From the NCBI GenBank assembly GCA_031265535.1, contig JAISCO010000322.1, forward strand, positions 1 through 40,389: a stretch of 40,389 nucleotides of DNA. The letters are read 5' to 3'. Position numbers and translations under genes: made by a program. Each line of letters opens with the position of its first letter. Positions within the stretch are counted from its first letter, which is position 1. The notes under the pieces were generated by a model. It ran no database searches. It worked only from the letters and a program-made list of their open reading frames with translations, and had not been told where the DNA came from. Shown here piece after piece: positions 21,888 to 28,893 of this stretch. The stretch is from Spirochaetaceae bacterium (GTDB lineage: Bacteria; Spirochaetota; Spirochaetia; Treponematales; Breznakiellaceae).

Positions 21888-24437
21888 TTATTTTTTTACC
21901 GGATTACCGGCGTTTGACTCATCAATTGGCGCTGTACAGCCCGGCAGACTCGCCGGGATATAAGGCTCATCTTTTAACCCCGCTTCCTTGTTATAGATAG
22001 CGAGCGATACTTCATAGTCCTCAAAGACGGTCGAGATTTCTTTTATACACGCTTCGGCAAATTTTGGCTCCAAGAAATACTGACTGGGAACAGACCTTAT
22101 GGTAGAAAAAAACTGCGTCAGGGACGGACTTGTATATTTCAGGTATGCTTCATAGTCCCGGCGGTGATCTTCCGAGTCGAATACATAGATCTTGCCGTGC
22201 ACAGCAAGAGAAGAGCAGAGCCACCCAAAGTTATCGAATTGAATACAGTATGCCTTGGCGAAACCATCAAACAGGCTTTTCAGTTCGGGTGTTGATTTAC
22301 CTCTATACTCCGCCGCTTTCTCCGGCTCGCCGGCCATGTATGCGGCAAAGTCATACAAATCTTTTACCTGCCTAAGGGCAGCCTCATTCGTGTTTGGCCT
22401 TGGGTTTGGAGATTTTCGCAAAGCCTCAAGTTCCGCATACATTTTATACACGTTGGTTGGAAACCGAGGATATTTTTTAAACAGATCAGCGGTGGAAATT
22501 ATTGTAAATCCGGCGGCGCGGAAAAGATCCTCCAAATGTTCCCTGGATAGCATCGTCTTTTTTTGATGACCGCGAATCGCCCCCTCTGTAATTACATGGA
22601 AACCCGATTGTTTGAGCAGCGAAGCGACCGCCCTTAATTTTTCAATTTCTTTTTTTACTTTATCTTTTGCCAGATCATCATAGGCAGGAGTGAGCTTGCC
22701 TTCATTATTAAAGATGCTTTTGGATATGGAGTCCAAAAAAGACGTTTTCCCCGCGGTTTCATCGCGCTCAAACTGCTGTACGGATAAGAAAATTGTCGTG
22801 TCAAGTTCTTTTTTTGCCTTGTTGATAGCGTCGATAAGCTTTTGCGCCGCCTTTTCGGGCGGGTCAAAAGGCAAGTGTGTCAAATCAAAGAAGTCGTAGT
22901 CAAGGCGATTTTGAACGGGCTCATTTTTGGTGTTTTCGCTTGTTATGACGGTGTTGACCTTTTCGCCGGTTTGAACATTGGCTGCCGAGACTTCCAGCCC
23001 GGTTTCGCCGGCACAGAAAAGCACCCGGATTGGCGAAGCCTTATGGGTGCCGGGTGGCAGCTTCAAGCTGAGCACTCCGATTTTCTTGACCATCAGAGCC
23101 GGATCAGTGGGCTGCGTATTACCATTTATGTCTTCGGAAGGAGTAACATGCTTGTCCCTGTCCTTTGAAGTATTTTCAAACAAGACAAGTTTAATTTCGC
23201 TCTGATTATCAATGCGTGTGTAACAGGTAAAAGCCGCCTTAGCCGGCAGTTCATCACCTACAAAGAGTAGATTGTCAATAACATACCGGCCATCACCATC
23301 TATGATACCCGGCCCCATGGAACGGTTGAGTTTGTCTTTGACCTTACCTGCTTTCTTGTTTTCTTTATATCCTACAAAGGCAGCCAAAGCCGCGCCTTTT
23401 GCGACAGCCAGGTCGGGCTGCTCAATACGAACCTTGCCGGGGAACATACCCTCAACAGCGGCCTTGACCATAGGCATCCTCGTAGAACCCCCAACGAGCA
23501 GTACAAGATCGATATCGTCCGCCTGAAGTTTTGCCGTCCCCAGAAGCTGACGCACAAAGTCCATAGTCCGCTCAACCAGGTCCCTGGTCAGCTCTTCAAA
23601 CTTCTCGCGTCTTGGCTCCAGGCGAGTACCTTCACCAGCATAGCTGATTATGAAACTCTTGCTCGACATATGGGAGAGATTTTTTTTAACATTCTCCACC
23701 TGTGAACGGATCTTCTGGCGAAGTTCGCCGTCCATCTCGCTCTGGCGAACCCCGGTTTGAGCGGTGTAAAGTTCGCATATATAGTCATACAGGCGCTCGT
23801 CCCAGTCAACGCCGCCCAACCGGGCGCTGCCGCCGGTTTCAATGACGTCAATATTTGTTTTGCCGCCGGCATCAACACTAAAATCAAACAGTGTAATATC
23901 AAAGGTACAGCCGCCCAGGTCATAAACCATGATTTTGCGGTTCTCAGTGAACTCGCTGCAGCAATAGTTAAGCGCGGCGGCAGTCGGCTCATTGACAATG
24001 TTTAGGACATTCATGCCCGCAATAATGCCCGCCTGTTCTGTCGCGGCGCGTTCCCCTCTGCCAAAATACGCGGGGCAGGTGATAACGACATTTTTCACCT
24101 GATGTCCCTGAGTTTCGGCGTACTCTTTCATTCGCTTCAGAATGAGGGCAGAGATTTCTATGGGGCCATACTTGACTCCGTTAAATTCACGAATCTGCGC
24201 GTCATCCTTGCCGATTTCTCTTTTGACAAACTGAAAGACCCTGTCGGGGTCAAGTTCCGCGTGACTCTTCGCCGCTTCACCGACCACCGGATCGCCTTCA
24301 CTTGGGAAGTAAACGGCGGACGCAAGCAAATCGCTGCTGTCATCATAGTTTTGAATTACCTCCGGCATTCCGTTTTCATTCAGAGTCGCGATGACCGAGT
24401 AGGTAGTACCCAGGTCAATACCATAAACTTTTACCAT
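21888..24437 (-). CDS. Hsp70-family ATPase fused C-terminally to the shared ~335-aa module
   Basis: 849 aa. Residues 1-~505 are paralogous to 20190-21869. From residue 513 (nt 22901 downward) the sequence 'DYDFFDLTHLPFDPPEKAAQK...' repeats the module found at the N-termini of four downstream genes. The phosphate-2 motif reads DLGGCTFD (Cys codon at 23907-23909). Confidence 0.85.
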   Translation of the reverse strand: MVKVYGIDLGTTYSVIATLNENGMPEVIQNYDDSSDLLASAVYFPSEGDPVVGEAAKSHAELDPDRVFQFVKREIGKDDAQIREFNGVKYGPIEISALILKRMKEYAETQGHQVKNVVITCPAYFGRGERAATEQAGIIAGMNVLNIVNEPTAAALNYCCSEFTENRKIMVYDLGGCTFDITLFDFSVDAGGKTNIDVIETGGSARLGGVDWDERLYDYICELYTAQTGVRQSEMDGELRQKIRSQVENVKKNLSHMSSKSFIISYAGEGTRLEPRREKFEELTRDLVERTMDFVRQLLGTAKLQADDIDLVLLVGGSTRMPMVKAAVEGMFPGKVRIEQPDLAVAKGAALAAFVGYKENKKAGKVKDKLNRSMGPGIIDGDGRYVIDNLLFVGDELPAKAAFTCYTRIDNQSEIKLVLFENTSKDRDKHVTPSEDINGNTQPTDPALMVKKIGVLSLKLPPGTHKASPIRVLFCAGETGLEVSAANVQTGEKVNTVITSENTKNEPVQNRLDYDFFDLTHLPFDPPEKAAQKLIDAINKAKKELDTTIFLSVQQFERDETAGKTSFLDSISKSIFNNEGKLTPAYDDLAKDKVKKEIEKLRAVASLLKQSGFHVITEGAIRGHQKKTMLSREHLEDLFRAAGFTIISTADLFKKYPRFPTNVYKMYAELEALRKSPNPRPNTNEAALRQVKDLYDFAAYMAGEPEKAAEYRGKSTPELKSLFDGFAKAYCIQFDNFGWLCSSLAVHGKIYVFDSEDHRRDYEAYLKYTSPSLTQFFSTIRSVPSQYFLEPKFAEACIKEISTVFEDYEVSLAIYNKEAGLKDEPYIPASLPGCTAPIDESNAGNPVKK

Positions 24438-24455
24438 AATAATGTTTCTCCTTGC

Positions 24456-25235
24456 TTATTTTTCCGCCGGATTACCGGCGCTGGTACCCTCGAAACGATA
24501 AATCTCTACGCGTTCTTTTACCAGCGAACGGTTTTCAATATAGAAGCCCGCGCTGCGGCTTGATGCGACCGTATCATGCAAATCGGGATTCTCCACCGGG
24601 ATTAGCTTAACGATCTGGCTATGCCTTGTATTGCGCTTGTCCCCCGGTTTGCTTTTCAGTTTATGAACACCGTTAGCCTCAAGGATCTGAAGAATTCCAA
24701 AAAATATACCGCTAATCCACTTTTTCCCCTTGTTGTCCGCAATCTTCTCAATAAAGGGCTCGTTGTCGCTGTACAGTCCGGCAAGCTCGCGGAGTATTTC
24801 GTCGAATACAAGCCCCCTGTCCCTCTCGTGGTACTTATCCAACTCTCCCTGCATGAACCTCAAGCGTTTGTCGAATTCATTTTGGTAGAGCTTATGCACC
24901 TCCCGGATTTCGCCCGTTGTCTTTACAGAGGCTTCGGCGATGATTTTAAGCTCCCGTTCAAGACGCTCTATGCCTGTCTGCACGGTCTGTAATCCATCCG
25001 ATAAGTTTTCTTGATTTGCGTCCGGGGATTTCTCTTCCGCGCTTTTCACGGCGATTTCCGGCGCGTCAGAGCATTGCCCGCATGCAGCCGCCCCCGTGGC
25101 GCTTTCCGGCACGTACGGGGATTTCTCCTCCGCGCTTTCCACGGCGATTTCCGGTGCGTCAGGGCATTGCCCGCATGCAGCCGCCTCCGTGGCGGTTTCC
25201 TCAAGTTCATTTTCCGTAATTTTTGATTCTTCCAT
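24456..25235 (-). CDS. GrpE-like nucleotide-exchange factor with a repeated Cys-containing acidic N-terminus
   Basis: A coiled-coil segment is followed by 'GIFFGILQILEANGVHKLKSKPGDKRNTRHSQIV...VASSRSAGFYIENRSLVKERVEIY', which follows the GrpE C-terminal pattern (GV..i...G..f....H.av......V.....GY...R.lr.a.V.V). Start chosen at MEESK (GGAGG 8 nt upstream). ATG at 25250 or the track start at 25307 are alternatives; 25307 would overlap the upstream gene. Confidence 0.65.
   Translation of the reverse strand: MEESKITENELEETATEAAACGQCPDAPEIAVESAEEKSPYVPESATGAAACGQCSDAPEIAVKSAEEKSPDANQENLSDGLQTVQTGIERLERELKIIAEASVKTTGEIREVHKLYQNEFDKRLRFMQGELDKYHERDRGLVFDEILRELAGLYSDNEPFIEKIADNKGKKWISGIFFGILQILEANGVHKLKSKPGDKRNTRHSQIVKLIPVENPDLHDTVASSRSAGFYIENRSLVKERVEIYRFEGTSAGNPAEK
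25024..25194 (-). repeat. 2 x 93-bp tandem repeat inside the GrpE-like gene
   Basis: Units start at 25024 and 25117. They encode AT(E/G)AAACGQC(P/S)DAPEIAV(E/K)SAEEKSP twice. Confidence 0.85.
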
Positions 25236-25264
25236 AACAAATGCCTCCATAAAAATATTTCCCA

Positions 25265-26650
25265 CTAAACTTCGGCGAAAAGAGTTCCGCCGGGCTTGTG
25301 AATACAAGCAAAAGTACCGGGCAGCTTTGCAAGAGTTTCTGCCCTTACACGGGGTTCGTCTGTTTCATCAACCCATAAGCCCCGTGAATCGCCGGGGTTC
25401 ATGAAACCGCTGGTCTGAGAAATATTGTGCTTAATTCGTATCTTATGATACTTCCCTAAATGATCCGACCACTTTTGGCACGAGGTCCCCGATGTGTGCC
25501 GAAAAAGAACGATGGCGCCGATATTTCCCGTTATTTCAGAGAACAGATCCTCGCCCCGCAGTCCGCCGCCAAATAACGAAGACACGAAGTCGTTGTGGCT
25601 AATCGCGTATACCCGCCCGCGCAGCAAGTCGTTCACTTTCGGAAAGCGTGATACGGGTATGCCGTCTAAAAGAATAGAAAAACTTCGCCCCTGCGACTGG
25701 AGGAGCATAAGATGATTTACTACCAAAGAGAAAAATAAATCATTATTTACATTCCCGACATCAACAGCGATTGCGCCTTTGCAGTTGAGCATCTTTTTTA
25801 TATTGCAGACCTTGGAAGCCGGCCTGCCGTATATGCCTTCGGCTTGCCGGTTTAGCTTGTTTAAGAAAATACGAACAGAATCAATCTCCGGCGATCCGGA
25901 CATATAATAACGATTGATTTCGCGGTACTCATCAGAAGTGAGTTCACCGGCTTTCTGCATGGCATCCAGCTTGTTATTCAGGTCGGGCAGCGGAAAGGCG
26001 GCAAGGTTTTGGAATGTTACCGTCCCTTCCACGCGCAGCAGCACCTCCAGCAGAGAGTGGAGTAATGCCTCCGCGGCAGGGCTTGCATTATCATCCGGCA
26101 TGGTTTCGTACAATAAATGCGCCATATCCTCCACCGGCATACCGCGAAAGGCATCATAATAAAAGCTGCCCCGTGAAATAAGCTCGCAGGCGCTGCTATT
26201 TCCGTTAATCATGGTTTCCAATTCATGGTTGCCGCTATGCAGCGCGATAAGAGGAGTATCTTCTTGCTGAGATTTATTCACAAATGGCATGAGGGCGCGG
26301 ACACGCTCGTTATTTTGACCCCCTGACACTACCGATGACTCCGGCCCGTCTGTTTCTCCCCATATATAATCAATGGCGGGAGTGGAACTCGCGGGCTCAT
26401 AATCGTAAATATCGTTATCGCTGGGATCGCCTGATATCAGGAGTAACTGCTGCTTGTCGGCGCCCGACAAGACGCCTACCGAACGATTCTGAAAATTTGT
26501 ATCATGCGCGTTATTGTAGATTTCCTGAATTTCTTTCTTTGTTCTGGCTCTCTGGAGCGCAGTAAAAATTATCCTGCCGGGCTGTGAGGAAGCGGCAATT
26601 GAGCCGCCTATCACTTGGCCAAAAGAACTAATCACGTTACCGAATCCCAT
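25265..26650 (-). CDS. unknown 461-aa protein, probably a degenerate (Walker-A-less) paralogue of the adjacent VirD4-like ATPase
   Basis: SD AAGGAG, 3 nt after the upstream stop. By-eye alignment to the neighbour: 'QQLLLISGDPSDNDIY' vs 'KHILLVGGTGSGKTNLF', 'FSILLDGIPVS' vs 'VYLIADELKLL', 'IGAIVLFRHTSG' vs 'FSSVFAFQSNDF'. Confidence 0.6.
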   Translation of the reverse strand: MGFGNVISSFGQVIGGSIAASSQPGRIIFTALQRARTKKEIQEIYNNAHDTNFQNRSVGVLSGADKQQLLLISGDPSDNDIYDYEPASSTPAIDYIWGETDGPESSVVSGGQNNERVRALMPFVNKSQQEDTPLIALHSGNHELETMINGNSSACELISRGSFYYDAFRGMPVEDMAHLLYETMPDDNASPAAEALLHSLLEVLLRVEGTVTFQNLAAFPLPDLNNKLDAMQKAGELTSDEYREINRYYMSGSPEIDSVRIFLNKLNRQAEGIYGRPASKVCNIKKMLNCKGAIAVDVGNVNNDLFFSLVVNHLMLLQSQGRSFSILLDGIPVSRFPKVNDLLRGRVYAISHNDFVSSLFGGGLRGEDLFSEITGNIGAIVLFRHTSGTSCQKWSDHLGKYHKIRIKHNISQTSGFMNPGDSRGLWVDETDEPRVRAETLAKLPGTFACIHKPGGTLFAEV

Positions 26651-26653
26651 AAT

Positions 26654-27964
26654 TTAAAGCTCCTTCCCGGTGAACAAATCAAACTTATAGCGAAACGGAG
26701 GAACCGAAGGGATCCCCGCGATGGCTTCGCCTACCGAGAGCGAAACCAGATCCCAGTCCTCGACCATATAGCCTTCGCGCTTCTCGTAATGACGGCTTCC
26801 GTTTGCCTCCGCGAAACTTTCCAGTATCATGTTGCGGCCAAATAGCTTGCTGACATACTCTCTTGTATTGAAATCGTTTGACTGGAAAGCAAAAACGGAT
26901 GAAAATCCCGCTACCGCGTTTCTTGCTTTTGCCTCGTTTTGATAATTGGCGTTTAGCTGATCAATACTCTGGAGGCCGGCCAGTATCTTTACGCCGAGGC
27001 TGCGTCCAAAGTTTATACCATCTTCCAGGTGCCTCAGGTTCGGAAGCAGCTTTAACTCATCCGCGATAAGATAGACGTTACCTTGTGTTGCCGTTCTGCC
27101 GAGCGCCTCCTTGAGGGCAAGGTCAAATAGCAGCGTATAAATGGGCGAGAGTATATCTCCGATTGCCATGTCATATTCAAGGAAGGCTGTCCGAGCGCCT
27201 TTCTGCCGGATGAAATTTCTTATAGAAAATTCTCCAACATCCGCAAAAACGCCTGTCAAGACATCCCGCATTACCGAATACATCTCCGAAAGAACCCCTT
27301 GCGACTGCGAACCGGACTTGCCTCCAATATACGAGGCGACCGCCGCAAGGTCGCGGTGTTCCGCAAGCAATGCCCTTAAATCATCAACAGAAGCGGAATC
27401 TATGTAATTCTTAATATCTTTATTGTTGGGCGTAACACCGTTACGAACCAAAGCCGTGATAATAGAAGCGAGCAGATCGCGGGCAGCGTTGGGAAAGAAT
27501 GGATTGTTGCTGTTTTTCTCTATACGCTCGGCAAAAAGTGATTTGCAAATCTCCTGCGTGTTTTGAGCGACCGATACGCCGTCCTTACCGTCCGCGATTA
27601 TCTCCTGGTAAATGCTCCATTTATCAGGCCATTTGCGATACTGAATCGAATTCCCTATTACGATGTCTTTACCGGTAAAAAATTTCTTGTGGAAATCGCC
27701 TTTGCTGTCGAAAATAAGCATCACATCATCTTTGCTAAGATTTGACTTAAGCTGCTTAACGATATGATAGAACAGATTCGTTTTACCGCTCCCGGTGCCG
27801 CCAACGAGTAAAATATGCTTACTGAGCATCTCTTCCGTTATCCCAAACGGCCGTTTGGCGCCGTTGAACTCACCGGGAATCCGAACAATAGCGTGAGGTG
27901 TGTCCGGCGGCGGAGTATTGTTCTCGACCAGTCTGCCATACACTACTTCATGGTTTATTGGCAT
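26654..27964 (-). CDS. soluble FtsK/HerA-superfamily P-loop ATPase of the VirD4/TraG/TraD coupling-protein type
   Basis: 436 aa. Walker A LLVGGTGSGKTN, Walker B VYLIADELKLL, then 'FGRSLGVKILAGLQSIDQL', typical of T4CP-like ATPases. No N-terminal TM segment. Confidence 0.7.
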   Translation of the reverse strand: MPINHEVVYGRLVENNTPPPDTPHAIVRIPGEFNGAKRPFGITEEMLSKHILLVGGTGSGKTNLFYHIVKQLKSNLSKDDVMLIFDSKGDFHKKFFTGKDIVIGNSIQYRKWPDKWSIYQEIIADGKDGVSVAQNTQEICKSLFAERIEKNSNNPFFPNAARDLLASIITALVRNGVTPNNKDIKNYIDSASVDDLRALLAEHRDLAAVASYIGGKSGSQSQGVLSEMYSVMRDVLTGVFADVGEFSIRNFIRQKGARTAFLEYDMAIGDILSPIYTLLFDLALKEALGRTATQGNVYLIADELKLLPNLRHLEDGINFGRSLGVKILAGLQSIDQLNANYQNEAKARNAVAGFSSVFAFQSNDFNTREYVSKLFGRNMILESFAEANGSRHYEKREGYMVEDWDLVSLSVGEAIAGIPSVPPFRYKFDLFTGKEL

Positions 27965-28047
27965 GAAAACACCACTCCACCGGTGCCTGTCAACCCCGGA
28001 CCTGATTCTGTACTGCGAAGATTTTCTTTAAATCCCACCGCGCTCCC

Positions 28048-28224
28048 CTACTTGTTCGTGTAGTTTTTGCCGCTCACCCATGCTTCATAGTTGCCGCAGG
28101 TTTTGCAATTTTGATCCGACTTGCAGTTGTAGTCCCTGTGGCCTGATGACTGCTTTTGTTCCGACAGGCAGCATCTGTCGCTATGCGCGTCATAATGCTG
28201 ACACCAGCCGTATTGGTTTTGCAT
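28048..28224 (-). CDS. Cys-rich 58-aa protein (below the ORF-track cutoff), first gene of the long operon
   Basis: My translation is MQNQYGWCQHYDAHSDRCCLSEQKQSSGHRDYNCKSDQNCKTCGNYEAWVSGKNYTNK, ending at TAG. SD GGAGA 7 nt upstream, embedded in a class-1 leader cassette. Six Cys residues. Confidence 0.5.
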   Translation of the reverse strand: MQNQYGWCQHYDAHSDRCCLSEQKQSSGHRDYNCKSDQNCKTCGNYEAWVSGKNYTNK

Positions 28225-28231
28225 AAATTAT

Positions 28232-28260
28232 CTCCTTCCCGCTGTTACGCCGCGGAACAC
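28232..28260 (-). promoter_or_regulatory. conserved 5' leader cassette, class 1 (copy 2 of 4), at the head of the long operon
   Basis: Minus-strand reading is GTGTTCCGCGGCGTAACAGCGGGAAGGAG, then 8 nt and ATG. It is preceded by GGTTATTCATTAC, which resembles the TATACAT box upstream of the class-2 cassettes. Confidence 0.55.
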
Positions 28261-28354
28261 GTAATGAATAACCGTGCCTCCATAAATAAACCGGTGACGT
28301 ATAGATTTGGCGACCTATAATAATTTGGCATCTTACAAATAGTGAATGCCTGTA

Positions 28355-28783
28355 TTATTGCATTTGCACTCCATTTTCATTACACAAGGCTTGTAATTCC
28401 GCGAGCCATTCACCCATAAGCGTTTGTCCTTTCTCGATACGTTCATTAAAGTCTTCCGCTTTGCTTGCGTCTTGATTGTCAAGCATATTTTCAAGAAAGA
28501 CAAAAGCACTCATATTTGTTTTTACTGCTTCGATATATTTTTCATTTAATTTTCTGACTTCATCGGTTTTCAATCTAACAGAAAACTCACCAAGCCCTTC
28601 CGCAAGTTTCCGGTAATTGGGAATTATCACATCAGTTAGAGCCTTATACATATCTAAATCATTTGTATAATTCTCACCAGAAACACCACTGTAAGAAGCG
28701 ACAGCAGCGTTCTCATAATCAATAACAGCAGGCAGACAATCGTTAAGATATGTCAACAAATCAGAGTGCAAACTCAGTTTCAT
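28355..28783 (-). CDS. hypothetical helical protein
   Basis: 142 aa from MKLSLHSDLL. SD GGAGG before this ATG; the track's longer start lacks one. No motif recognised. Confidence 0.55.
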   Translation of the reverse strand: MKLSLHSDLLTYLNDCLPAVIDYENAAVASYSGVSGENYTNDLDMYKALTDVIIPNYRKLAEGLGEFSVRLKTDEVRKLNEKYIEAVKTNMSAFVFLENMLDNQDASKAEDFNERIEKGQTLMGEWLAELQALCNENGVQMQ

Positions 28784-28893
28784 AAAATCCTCCAAAAATA
28801 TATTCCAAAGCGGCGACACGGGTGCCGCCGTATCAGACCATTTCAGTTTTTTTGCGTTCGATCAAACTACGCAAATGCGTTAAACGAGCCGGG

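Noticed and set aside
8604-24437. Calling the shared module a bona fide DnaJ.
   Set aside because: No HPD tripeptide is present in any of the five copies, and the similarity is by eye only. It is kept as a hypothesis in the findings, not as an annotation.
26654-27964. The VirD4/TraG-like ATPase as evidence for a conjugative or integrative mobile element.
   Set aside because: There is no relaxase, T4SS, pilus, integrase, transposase or flanking att-like repeat in the 40 kb. The protein lacks the TM anchor of true coupling proteins and is operon-embedded with chaperone and GTPase genes.
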